Positions 25,176 through 38,110 of a stretch of DNA of 64,000 bases are shown here, piece by piece (position 1 is the first letter of the stretch; every line of letters begins with the position of its first letter). Position numbers and translations under genes: made by a program. This DNA comes from Camelus dromedarius (taxonomy: Eukaryota). A model generated the notes under the pieces. The model ran no database searches and was not told the DNA's origin. It saw nothing but the letters and a program-made list of their open reading frames with translations. Location of the stretch: positions 35,590,001-35,654,000 of the forward strand of contig NC_087437.1 of assembly GCF_036321535.1 (NCBI RefSeq). Direction: 5' to 3'.

Positions 25176-25606
25176 TATTTTAAACATTTGTTTTCATTTT
25201 CTACCTGAAAATACTCTTAATTTATTTGGCTTCTTCTTTTTCTTTCTTCATCTATTTGACAGTGTTAGGAGAGTATCAATTATAAGGTTATATTTTCTTG
25301 TTTGAGCAATTTAGCTTGTTATTATGAAAGTTTTGATTTCATACATGAGATGCCAATGAAAAATTTCATTGGTGCTTATCAAAATGTTAAGCAGTGTATA
25401 TTACATAGTATATGAACTGTTGATATTTTTCACCTGTCAGTGAAGTTTTACTGACATTGGGAAGTTCTGTTTGTTTTGTTTTGTTCTGCTCTGTATTGTT
25501 TTGAAAAACACTTCATTGAATGTTCTAAGTCTGTAACGATATTCATACAACTGTATTTTTCTATTATGAATGTGCATTTTAAAGAACTTAATGTATTCCT
25601 ATACAT

Positions 25607-25992
25607 TGTATTTAGACTACTAGGGTTGTGATATCAAAACACCACAGACTAGGTGGCTTAAACAACAGAAATTAGTTTTATCTCAGTTCTGGAGGCTGGA
25701 ATCCAAGATCAAGGTGTGGGCAGGTTTGGTTTCTGGTGAGGCCTCTCTCCCTGGCTTGTAGATGGCTGTGCCTTTTTGCTGTGTCTTCAACATGGCCTTT
25801 CCTTTGTGTTTGGGAACTCCTGGTGTCTCTTTCTCTTCTTACAAGGACATCAGTCCCATTGATTAGGGCCCCACTCTAATGACCTTATTTAACCTCAGCT
25901 ATTTTCTTAAAGACCCTATTTCCAAAAATAGTCACACTGGAGGTTAGGCTTTGACATATGATTTCTGGGCAGATATGGTTCAATCCATAATA
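25607..25992 (-). mobile_element. MaLR solo LTR (MLT1A/B-like)
   Basis: 'ccacagactaggtggcttaaacaacagaaatt...cagttctggaggctgg..tccaagatcaaggtg...ttcaatccataa'. Confidence 0.9.
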
Positions 25993-27627
25993 TGTATCAT
26001 ATTTTCTAGTGTGAAAGGCATCACTCTTTCCCTAACATAGCCTATATATAGTAATGTGTTATAGTTATGTTGATCTATATATATTATCAATCTACATATT
26101 GCTTATTTTTTATTAGTTTGAGAAGGTGGCTAATATAAGAACATAAGAATTACTCAAGGGAATTTAAATGCAATCATATAATGTGATCATAATAGATTAT
26201 TTACAAAATTCTGTTAAGACATTGATTTAGATGTCCCTTTTTGGGTGCATGGCAGAAGAAGTATACAAAATGAAATATTTTTAAAACATTTTAAATGCAT
26301 TTTGGGGGAGGGCATAAATATAAAAAACCTTGAATTCAGAAAATTACTGAGAGGACTGGAAGTAGTGAATCCAACTTTTGTCCTGAGGATCTGTGGTGAT
26401 CACTGATGACCTTTTATGATTCTGATGGATTTAGAGACATCCTTTGACCTTGCATAATCAGAATCCTCTGAGAGTTGATAATGATAAGTAGTGAACTACA
26501 GAATTGCCTGTTTTGTAGGAAGTGTGGAGGAAAATGTGCATATGTCATCCTCAGCTTGGGGTAGAATGAGAGAAAGAAATGTCACTCCATAGCATTTCTT
26601 AGCCTAGGGCAAGTATTCATACCTTGTGAATTTAGCTAGAAATTTAGTTTCAATTGGTCCAGTCAGATGTGCCCCTGGATGCCTAGAAGAACCAAATGCA
26701 CATCCTCTCCAGAGGGAAATGATTTAAGCCCAGACCTCAGAAAAGTATCACAGATAAATGTGCAAAGATTATGAAAACAAAAAAGTCATAAGGCAAGAAA
26801 GGGAATCACCATACAGAAATATAAGCCGGAGCAGCAAACAGAATAATTTGAACTGTGTAAGACTGCAGATAGCAAAAATAGCAGATACAAAATATAAAAT
26901 GTGCATGTTTGGGACAAAATAGGTATCACAAGCAACCAAGGAATAAAAGACTATAAACATGGACAAAGTTAAAAAAAAAAAGGGAATCAAATAAAACATC
27001 AGCATTAGAAAATGTTATACATAATCATTGAACTTAGTCAATAGGTTGTTAAAATTCAGAATAGTACAGATGAAGAGAGTAGAGTGGTTGGAAACTAATC
27101 TGAAGAAAATATTCACAGGTAAGCACAGAGAAATAGAAAATGTTAAGGAGTTTTAGAGACATAGAACATAGATTGAGAAGATTTAAAGTACATCTCTTCA
27201 GTGTCCCAGAAAAAGAGAATGGAGGAAATAAAATATTAAAAGGGAAAAACAAGTAAGTGTGTATTTTCCAGAACTGAAGATAATTACCAGTCAGAAAGTT
27301 TAACAGGTTTCAGAACAGCAAAGCAAAGAAAATGTTTAAAAATGATCAGAGGAAAAAGATAAATTAATTAAAAAGGAACACAATTAGCCCGATATTGATT
27401 TCTTAGTAGTAATAATAGAAAACAGAAAACAATGGAAAAACACTTTCACTGTGCTAAAAGAAAAAAAGTAGTTAGCAATTCAATATTCTATACTTAGTGA
27501 AACTGTCAAGAATGAAGATAAAATAAAGTTATACTTAAATAAATGAAAACTGAGTGGTTTTATCACAAATAAAATCTCATTAAATTATTTCAAAAGAATG
27601 TATTCCGGGAGGAAGGAAAATCATAAT

Positions 27628-28270
27628 ATAGTTTATTCTTGTTATTTGCTACAGTTATGTACTATGAAGTCACCATGAACACTGCAAAAATACTGAACTT
27701 TTTCTCCCAGGAGAAATAGAATTGTGTTTCTATAAGTCTCTAGTCATGATATTTTTTGCCAGCCAGTCAACATATGACTTTGTTTTATGAGTGTTTCTGT
27801 TTAAAGAAACCTTATTTAATATATATTTTTGATTCATTTACACTGACATCATGGCCAACAGTGCTATAACTCATGCCTGAACAAAACTTATCTAACATAA
27901 ATTCTCTGTGAGGCACGTCACAGTCTCCTTGTGCTTAAGAACACTAGACAGAACCTCAGCACTATGCTTGGGGGCTATTTAAACAGTTGAAATCACTAAC
28001 AAAAATGCAAAAAAGCATGATGCTAAATAGGCCATGAAAAGGACACTTGTTTACAGAATGAGAGCTGAAACAACAAAGCAGAATGTCACCTTGTTTTGCA
28101 TCATCTGGGAACATGTGCATTGAGGGACTCAAATTTTTGTTCACCATGAGCATGTGTATATCTGCAAATGACTGCAAGAGAGCCAGCGTGATAGATTTTG
28201 GGCTTATAAATTTTAGCAAGCATGCAAATTCACAAATGCAGAATCTATGAATACTGAGGATCGACTGCAT
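27628..28270 (+). mobile_element. MER82 DNA transposon
   Basis: 'gtgtttctgtttaaagaaaccttatttaatatata...atggccaacagtgctataactcatgcctgaac', ending 'gaggatcgactg'. Confidence 0.9.
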
Positions 28271-29487
28271 AAGGAATACTTAAGAAGCAGGAAGACCTGG
28301 CAAACATTAAGATAAACTGCTAAGCAAAAAGTGAACAAGTACAACATTAATAGTCTAATTTGAAGGAATGTAAGAAAAACAAGAGAAACTAAATTATTAT
28401 TAATCTGTAGTCTGTAAAGGGAATAATTACAGTTCAAGCACCGTGGTGCCCTTGTTAAGACTGGTAAGTTGATTAACCATAGATTTTTGTCAAGTTGTCA
28501 AGTTAAAAATGCATTTGATTATTTCTGTGGTAATTGGAGTGCATTGCGTTCTTTCTGCCAGAAAAAAATGGAATGAAAATTAAAACTCAGTTGAAAATAA
28601 GAGAAAAATTAAACAGAAATAGTAGAAAAAGTTAAGATGCAAAATAAGAAGGTAGAAAGGAATCGAGATACATCAGCAATCAAAATAAATTTAAGTAAAT
28701 ATATTTTCTAGTTTAAAAACTGTCAGATCTACATATGTTTATAATAATCCAGTTAACTTCTATTTATAGTGATATAACAAAGATGAAAATAAAGTAATAT
28801 AAAAAGATAAGCCACACTAATTTGATGAATATTGCTATAGCTATACTAAAATCAGATAGGATTATTTTGAAGGTAAGAAGCATTGCTAAGGTTGATAGAT
28901 TTAAGATTCAAGTCACCAAGAGATACAGAAATTTTAAGCTTGTATGCAACTGATAATATAGCTTCAAGATACATAAAGCAAAATAATTGGAAATACAAGA
29001 CAAATAGATAAACAAATAGATAAACATATTTATGGGAAATATTAGCCTGCCTTTCCTAGTAGTCAATAGATCAATGAACAAAATGTCAACAAGAATATAG
29101 ATGATTTGAACAAATTGATTAAATAACTGGATTTAATGGTTGTATGAATAGAGTCATACAACCAGCATTTGAAAGATAAAGATTCTTTTCAAGCATTCAT
29201 AGATCTTGCAAAAATACTGATCATGTAGTAGGTTACAAAGCAAGTCTGGACTTTTGTCAAGTATTTGCTATTAAACATGCCAAGTCATCTTACCAAAAAG
29301 AAATTAAGTTAGTATCAACAATGGAACAAAATACAAAATGACACTTATGATGTAAAAAAAATATATCTCTAAATAATTTATAGGCCAAAGATGAAATTAT
29401 AATGGTACATAGGAATACTGGAAGTTAAATGGTAATTAAAATACTGTATAACAAAATTACAGGATGCAACTAAAGCATTATTTAAAT

Positions 29488-29686
29488 CAAGGATTAGAGA
29501 ACTTTTTCTGTAAAGAGCCAGTGAATAAATATTTTAGGTCTTATGAGCTACACATGATTTCTGTTACATATTTTTTGTTTTTCATTTTGTATTTTCAACA
29601 CTTTAAAAATATAAAAACCATTCTTAGCCCTGGGAGCATAGACCATAGTTGGATTTGGCCTGCAAACTGCAGTTTGCCAATCTCTG
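29488..29686 (+). mobile_element. MER58-like (hAT-Charlie) element
   Basis: 'aactttttctgtaaagagccag..aataaatattttagg...ggatttggcctgcaaactgcagtttgccaatctctg'. Confidence 0.85.
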
Positions 29687-30269
29687 ATATACAGGGTTAT
29701 TTATGTAGCCTTCATTTTTACAGTTGAAAAGGAGAATGACTAGAAGTTAGCTTAGCATCCAAGTCAAAAATTAATGAAAGAATGAATCAAAGAAGATAGA
29801 ATAAAATTATACAGATAAGGGTAAGTTAAATTGAAAATACATTCAATGAAAGGATCAGTACAGCCAAGAGATAGTGCTTTGAGTGACTAATAAAATTGAA
29901 TTAGTGCATAACTATTTAATTTGATCAAAACCACAAAATAAGAAATGAAAGATAAAAGTAATCCATTTATCAGATGGAGACACATACTAGTAGGATTTAA
30001 TCCTGGATGTGTTGTAATTGCAGAATAGACTACAATCTGGGTATCAGGGAACATAATTATGCATGAATTGTTATGAGAAAGAATGCTTTACACATGACCT
30101 GATTGATGGTATAATCAAATCTGAAGTGCTTCTAATATAGTTTGACAACATTATAATCATAATTAAGAAATTATAGTTTGGGCTGAATGTTTTAAAAAAG
30201 TTGTTAGGAGTCACTTGCCAAGATTTGGAAAACAAGCTCAAGGTGATCTAACATAGCAAAAGATCAGGA

Positions 30270-31770
30270 GATAGATACTGCTTTTCTGCCATGTGACAGG
30301 CACCAAACTAGGTACTTTGCATGCAGTGGAGAATAATTCACCCTGGTTCCTGACCTCATGAAGCCTACCTCCATTAAATGTCTAAACACAGATTTGAAAT
30401 AATAATTACAAAAAATGAGAAGTATTAGGAAGGAATACTCAGGATATTATAAGAAAGAAAAATAGAGGGAACAAACTTTACTGGGGCACAGAGAACTTCT
30501 CTCTGTGGAAGAGACATTTAGATGGAAAGCCTGAATATGAGTAGGAGTTAGCCAAGTAAAATGTGGAAGTGGGGATGAGGGTAGACCAGAGGTCAGGCCA
30601 GAAGCAACAGCTATGGGAGGCTCCTGATTTGTGGAGTGATGGAAGCTAATGTTCGACTTATACTGAGAGGAGGAAAAGAGGGGCATATACAACAGATGAG
30701 ATTTAGTAGTTAAACAAGTAATAGAGCACATAGATATTGAAGGCCATGGCAAAGAGCTTGGATTATATTCTCATTGAGGTAAGAAGTCATAGAATGTTCT
30801 TAACTTAAAAAAAAAAAATCAGTCTAGATAGTGAGCGGAGAATAGTTTGTAGTGAATGGAGAAAATAGAATTAGGGAGGCTGATGCGAAGCTCCAGGGAT
30901 CAGGTATGAGATGATGGTGGCTTTGGGCCAGGATTGTGATGGTAAAGATGGTGAGATATGGAAGAATTTGTGACAAAATCTGGAGATAGAATTGACAGGG
31001 TTTTGTGAATTTGCTGTAAGAAGGTGAGGGAATTCTCATAATGGCTTTTATTTCTCAGAGAAATTTGAAATGAGATAGATCAGCAGCTGAAAGTGGTAAA
31101 GACTGTTTTTTATTTTAATTTGATCTGCACATTAGAATCATCTAAGCAACTTAAAGATATGCTAAACTTTGCCTAACCCATAGAAATTGGTTTAATAGGG
31201 GTAGGGTCATGCCCAAGCATCTTAGATTTCCCAAATAATTTGCCCAGGGCTAGAGCAGACTCTCACTTGGGACAGAAGTGGAGTGTGAGGCGCATTTGAA
31301 GTTGGCAGACACAAATTTCTAGTGCTGACGCTCCTTTCTAGTTTAAAGAGTCAGGGACTGAGAAAACAAATGATTGAGTTTTTTCAGGGGGGTGCCAGTC
31401 AAGGGCAAGGGGGCAGAGGTGGTTAAATGAGGTATATATAAGAGCACAATTATATGATAAATCATGGAGTCTAAGTAGGATGAGGGGGAAAGACAAGTAA
31501 CTGCTGGCCCATAGGAAAGCACTGGAATCACTAGGTGAGAGGTCTCAGGAAGATCACTAGACAGCTTAACAAGGAGGAGCAGTAGATGGGATTTGAGGGA
31601 GAAAGGAAGAGATTTGGTCTAAGAGTGATTTAGAGGAGCAAGATAGACATATCTCTTCTATCTCTGGGAAAGAATAGCTACAATAGCTGAAAAGAAATAC
31701 CCTCAGGGAATATCTGTGTGTCAATTAAAATAGAGAAGTGAAAGGGGACATTTGAAGGTTAAGGATTTTT
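30270..31770 (-). mobile_element. L2 fragments with a nested MER5-like piece (about 31110-31250)
   Basis: 'atgtgacaggcacc', 'gaaagcctgaatatgagtaggagttagcca', 'gagatgatggtggctttgggccagg', 'gatagaattgacaggg'. Confidence 0.75.
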
Positions 31771-32074
31771 GCCTTATGGATTATGTTATGTGTTATCATC
31801 ATCATTATTATTCTGAGTTATTTCCTAAGGAAAATTCACATAAGGCACTTTATTATGAATACCTGAAATCCCTCATTCTTTGGGAAAATGAAAATAGTGG
31901 AAAGTCCAGAATTCATCATACTTAATAATATTGTCTACCTGGAGGACTAGAGAGTGGAGTGGATTTTATATAAATTATTTGACACAATTTATATTGCAGA
32001 TGTGGGTACTATCAGTAACCTTAGACTGGGCATTGATTTAACGTTGTATTCCATAATGGTTGAAATGCATGAAT

Positions 32075-32265
32075 GCTTCAATCATACTGCTTGGGTTTGG
32101 ATCACAACTGTCACTTACAAACCATGTCACCCTGGGCAAGTGACTTAACTTTCTGTGCCTCAGCTTCCTGATCTGTAAAGAGGGATAGCAGTCATACCTA
32201 TCTCATAGGGTCCTATGTAAAGCCCTTAGAATATTATCTGGCACATAGTAAGCATTCAGTGTGCA
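32075..32265 (+). mobile_element. MIR SINE
   Basis: 'ctgggcaagtgacttaactttctgtgcctcagcttcctgatctgtaaa...tggcacatagtaagcattca'. Confidence 0.9.
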
Positions 32266-32319
32266 TATATACACATTGCTAGGTAATTACAAACTTTAAA
32301 ACATTTTCTTTTAAGAACA

Positions 32320-32620
32320 TAGCTGATCACATCAGACCCCTATTTAAAAGCCTCAACTCCCTGCCAGTTACTCTTGGAATTAAATCAAACTCCTTCCTAT
32401 GATCTGGCTTTTTCCTACTTTTCCAGACTCATCTCTACCTTTTTCCCCATTGCCACCCAAGAAGGTCAGTGTTCTAGTCTCTCCCAGCCATTGGCATTTG
32501 CAAAGCCTTATGCTCCACAGAACTAACACTCCTTTTTGGGATTCATCTGTGTTTCTAACGTCCCTAACAGTGCATTCACCTGAGCTTCCCAAAAATCTTT
32601 CCCTTTTCCTTAATGCTCCA
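32320..32620 (+). mobile_element. L2 fragment
   Basis: 'ctgatcacatcagacccctatttaaaagcctcaa...taaatcaaactcctt'. Confidence 0.55.
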
Positions 32621-34880
32621 TGTTTATAATAATAAGAAGCAACACCCCTCAGCCCCACATAAGGAATCTCAGCTTTTGAAGCCTGAAGTCCTCAGAAGCA
32701 AAATAAAACACTTCAATATTTAAAAGTTAATCAGCATTTTAATTACTGAGCTTTAAGCTTTTCTCTTAAAAGGAGAGGCAGAGCACATCCATGCTAACAA
32801 ACCAAGTTTGAGTGTGATGTTATTTGAAGTGTCAGTTAAAAATCCTCAAAAGGAAAATCAGAAGCAGTAACATGGTAAGAGCAAAAGAATCCCCTGGGAG
32901 TGGAAAGCCCTTACTGGATGGCCTGAGCTTGCATGGGGCAGGGCGGGGGGTAGGGGGACGGTTGGGCATCCCCGGGCACGGAGGTGGGTTTTACAAATGC
33001 TTTGGAATAGCAGCAGATAGGCTGTGTCGGGGTCTTCCTCTGCCAGCAGAGTCTTTGTTCCTGGCATACTAGGAAGCTAAGCTGGCTGTAAAGGGAAAGT
33101 GACATGAACTCACAGAAATGTAGGCTTTGATTAAACCATTATTCTAAATATAGCTTCCTTTTCTCCTTCAAAATCCAAAGTTGAAGTTCAGGGTGGGAGA
33201 AACCCAAGTATTCACCCCCCTCTTCCCTTGCCACCCTTAAATAATAGCTTGTTGAAAATACCCTTTTTTTGTTGTTGTTGTTAAGTTTTGACAGTTCCCA
33301 GCCCAGCAGGCAGTTTGTTTCTTGTCAGTTCCCCAGCCCTTCCCCTGGCAGCCTGAGCTATTTCATTGTGAGTTCTGTTCTGTGAGTGGGTCCTGGCTTG
33401 AAAATTCTTCAGGGTCAGAGAGGGCTAGGTATTTCCAGTGTTAACGACAGAGAATTTGAAATGAAAAATAATCTGTTTTCTTTTTTCAAGCAGTGAAAAT
33501 ATCCTAGGGCTGTTCATTATTTGGTACTTGTGTTGATCAATTTTTCATCCGTAGCCGATTTAGCCAATCTGTTCATCCATTTCCTTTCAGGAAGCTTTGT
33601 CATGGCCCTTCATTTACATACTGTAGGGTTGCTGGCACTGTCATTCCCCTTACACTCATCTGTTTAATAAACTTGTACAAACTCTGGACAGGGACGAGAT
33701 GTCTCCCAGAAAGCAGGCAAGGAGACATGAGGGGAGGTTTCTGCTGGTTGCAAAGGGTCAGTTTAAAATCTCATTTTCTGGATGGTGGTCTGTGATCTTC
33801 TCTCATGACCTAATAATAGTGTTGGTTTTCAAAAAAAAAAATAGTGTTGGTTTTCCATGATCAAAGAAAATAAATTAAAAAATTTCTCTTTAAATGATTT
33901 AAAAACACAGGGCTGAGGAGATGGAAGAAAAGGCAAATAGCAGGAAATATAACATTAGAAAATTTTTGTAAATGTGGGAGGGGAAAGGAATCTTAGCAGT
34001 CACCTAGCAATCCAATTCATTTTCACATGATGACATTAAGGCTCACCCAGCTAATTCATGTTGGAAATGAGCGTAGGGCTTAGGTCTTCTTATTCCCAGG
34101 CTGGCAGTCTTGGTGGTCATTAAGTGTTCTAAAGAGCCTCCAGCAGATATAACTGTGGCTTTTATCAATTAAAACGAACCAAACTGAACAACAAATCAGT
34201 CACTTCTGCACTGATGTTTCAATAGTGAGTTGTAACAATATCACATTTTAGCTATTCATTTCTGTATCTGTCTTCCATTAAATTGTCCCCAAGGCGGGAC
34301 CAAACCTTATCTTTTGAGTATTTTTAGGGCTATAAATTTTTTTCCCCCAGTTTTACTGTGAAATAATTGACATATGTCACTATATAAGATTAAGGCATAC
34401 AGTATGATGGTTTGATTTACATACATTGTGAAAAAATTACCACAATAGGTTCAGCAAATATCCGTCTTCTCATAGTGATACAATAAAATGAAAAGAAAGA
34501 AGAAAAAAAAAAAGAAAAAAAAATTCCTGATAATCAGAACTCTGAGGTTTACTCTGTTAACAACTTTCCTACATATCACACAGCAGTGTTAGCTATAGTC
34601 ATCCCATATTATATCCCTTGTACTTATTTATCTTATAACTGGAAGTTTGTACTTTTTGACCATCTTCCTCCAATTCCTACTACCTCCACCCTCTGCCTCC
34701 GGTAAATCAGAGCTCTTTTATGATGAGTTTAGTTTTCTTTTTTCATTCCACATATAAGTGAGATCATACAGTATTTGTCTTTCTCTGTGTGACTTATTTC
34801 GCTTAGCATAGTGCCTTCAATGTCTATCCTTATTGTGGCAAATGGTAGTATTTTTCATTTCTCATGATTGAATAATATTC

Positions 34881-34883
<3 letters not shown>

Positions 34884-34955
<72 letters not shown>
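34884..34955. repeat. Compound (CT)n(AT)n microsatellite inside an L1 3' UTR
   Basis: Directly visible. Confidence 0.95.
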
Positions 34956-37900
34956 AAATACAGATATACCATAACCCTGTTTTTTATTAACATGTAGTTG
35001 ATTTGTTTTTATAGGTAATACTCCATTATTATTATAAAATATTGGTTATGTTCCCTGTGCTGTACAATGTATCATTGTGTCTTATTTATTTTGCACAGAG
35101 TAGTTTGTACCTTTTAATCCCTTATTACTATTTTACCCCTCTTCCCATCCCTTTCTCCTTGGGTAACCACTAGATTGTTCTCCATATATTCCACATATTT
35201 TTAATTCATCCATCCATGGACACTTAGGTTATTTCCATGACTTGGCTGTTATAAATAATGCTATGAACATGGGGATACAGATACCTTTTTGAGTTGGTGT
35301 TAGTTCCTTTGGATGTATTCCCAGGAGTGGAATTGATATATGATAGTTCTGTTTTTTAGTTTTTTAAGAAACCTCCATACTGTTTCCATAGTGGCTATAC
35401 CAGTTTACAGTCCCAACAGTGCACAGAGTTCCCTTTTCTCCACATCCTCACCAACGTTTGTTGTTTGTTGTCTTTTTGGTGATAGCCATTCTGACAGATG
35501 TGAGGTAACATCCCATTGTGGTTTTAATTTACATTTCCTTAATGCCTAGTGATGTTGAGTGTCTTTTCATGTACCTGTTGACCTTTCATATATCTTGGAG
35601 AAATGTGTATTTAAGTCCTTTGCCCATTTTTTAATTAGGTTATTTGCTTTTTTTTCAATTGAGTTCTTTATATGTTTTGGATGTTAATCCTTTTTCTGAT
35701 ATATGGTTTGCAAGTATTTTTCCACATTCCATAGGTTGTCTTTTCATTCTGTTAATGGTTTCTTCTGTGTGCAGAAGATTCTTTGATGTAGTCCTGCCTG
35801 TTTGTTTGTTTATTTAGTTGCTTGTGCCTTAGGCATCATACCCAAAAAATTGTTACCAAGACCCATGTCAAGGAAATTTATTCTTATGTTGTCTTCTAGT
35901 AGTCTTATGGTTTCGAGCCTTACATTTAAGTCTTTTATTCATTTCAAGTTAGTTTTTGTGAGTGGTATAAGTTACCGGTCCAGTTTTATTCTTTTACTAG
36001 TGAATATTCAAGTATCCCAGCATCATTTATTGAAAACTGTCTTTTTCCATTAAGTATTCTTGGCTCCCTTGTCAAATATTCATTGATGGTATATGCTTGG
36101 GTTCATTTCTGGGCTCTTGATTCTGTTCCATTGGTCTACTTATCTGTTTTAATGGCAGTACCATTCTGTTTTGATGAGATATGTTCCTTCTTGCCTACTT
36201 TGTTGAGAGGTTTTGTCATAAATGGATGTTGAATTTTGTCAAATGATTTTTCTGCAGTTATTAAGGAATAATGTGATTCCTTCATTCTGTTTTTTTTCTT
36301 TTGCTTTTAAATTTTTTATTTTTCTTCTAGTTTTATTGGTATATAATTAACATACAGCAGTATATAAGATAAAGGTGTGCTGCATAATGATTTGATTTAT
36401 ATACATCATGAAATGATTACGACAACAAGTTTAGTGAAATCCATCATTTTATATAGATACAAAAATAAAGAAATAGAAAAAAATTTTTCCTTGTGGTGGG
36501 AATTTTCAGAATTTACTCTCTTAACAACTTTCATATATAACATACAGCAGTATTAAGTATATTTATCATGTTATACATTATATTCCTGGTACTTAATTAT
36601 CTTCTAACTGGATGTTTGTACCTTTTGACTGCCTTCATCCTACCCCTCTACCCAACACTTCCCTCCACAAGCCCTGTCTCTGGTAACCACAAATCTGATC
36701 TCTTTTTCAATGAGTTTGTTGGTTTGTTTGGTTTTGAAGCATGATTGACCAACAGTACTATATTAGTTTTGTTATACAACATAGTCCTTAGATATTTCCA
36801 TACATTTCAAAATGATCACCATGGTAAGTCTAGTTACCATCAGTCACCATACCAAAAAAGGTATTACATAATTACTGATTATATTTCCCACACTGTACAT
36901 ATCATATCTATGACTTATTTATTTTGCAACTAGAAGTTTATACTTCTGAATCTCCCTCACCTATTTTGTTCCTGTTCCCACTCTCCTCCCCTATGGCAAC
37001 TGTTTTCTGTATCTATAAGACTGTTTCCGTTTCATAATGTTTGTTCATTTGTTTTGTTTTTTAGATTACACATATAAGTAAAATCTTACAGTATTTGTCT
37101 TTTACTGTCTGACTTATCTCACTTAGCATAGTACCCCCTAGACCCATCCATGTTGTTGCAAATGGCAGTATTTCATTCTGATGGCCATAAGAAAGAATGA
37201 AATACTGCCATTGTGTATGTGTCTGTCTATTGTAAATTTTTGGTTTGTGGTTACTATGAGGTTTGTATATAGCATTCTCTATTTATAGATGATTACTTTA
37301 AATTGGTGATGTCTTAAGTTTGATTTCATTTTAGCAACCTTGCATTTTTACTCCCCCCTAAATTTAGTTTTTTTGACATTATATTTTACATTGTTTTGTT
37401 TTGTGTACCCATTAACTACTTTTTGTGAATATAGATGATTTTGCTAATTTTGTCTTTAACTTTTCTACTAGCTTTATATGTGGTTGTTTTACTACCTTTA
37501 CTATATATTTGCCTCAATCAGTGAGATTATTTATTTTGTAATTTTCACATTTCTAGCCATGTTCTTTTCCACTTAGAGAAGTCCCTTTAACATTTCTACT
37601 AAGGCTAGTTTTATGGTGATAACTCTTTTATCTTCTGACTTCTCCTTCTTATTGCCAAGTAGATGATTCTTGGTTGTAGATTTTTTCCTTTCATCACTTT
37701 AAACATGTTGTGCAACCATGTTCTGGCCTGCTAAGTTATCTAATAGCCTTATGAGACTTCCCTTGTATGTAAGTTGTTGCTTTTCCTTTTCTGGTTTTAA
37801 TACTCTATCTTTAATTTTTATCATTTTAATTACAATGTGTCTTGGTGTGGTCCTCTTTGAGCTGGTCCTGTTTGGGACTCTCCATGGAGTCTAAATGCTT

Positions 37901-37978
37901 CCTGGACTTGGCTGTCTTTTTCCATTCCTAAGATAGGGAAGTTTTTAGCTATTATGTCTTCACATATGTCTTAGGCCT

Positions 37979-38110
37979 CTTCCTTCCTTCCTTCCTTCCT
38001 TCCTTCCTTCCTTCCTTCCTTCCTTTCTTCCTTCCTTTCTTTCTTTCTTTTTTTTTTTTCTTTTCTTTTCTTTTCTTTTCTTTCTTTCTTTTTCTTTCTT
38101 TTCTTTCTTC
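37979..38110. repeat. (TTCC)n/(TTTC)n/(TTTTC)n polypyrimidine expansion inside L1 ORF1
   Basis: Directly visible. It gives the K/E/R-rich ORF 37952-38137. Confidence 0.95.

Larger units (their letters stand above)
26230..29950 (+). mobile_element. Ancient LINE-1 (L1ME/MD-like), 5' region-ORF1-ORF2 endonuclease remnants, interrupted by MER82 and MER58
   Basis: A-rich sense-strand L1 text, e.g. 'caatattctatacttagtgaaact', 'aagcttgtatgcaactgataatatagcttcaagatacataaagcaaaa', 'caggatgcaactaaagca'. Confidence 0.75.
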
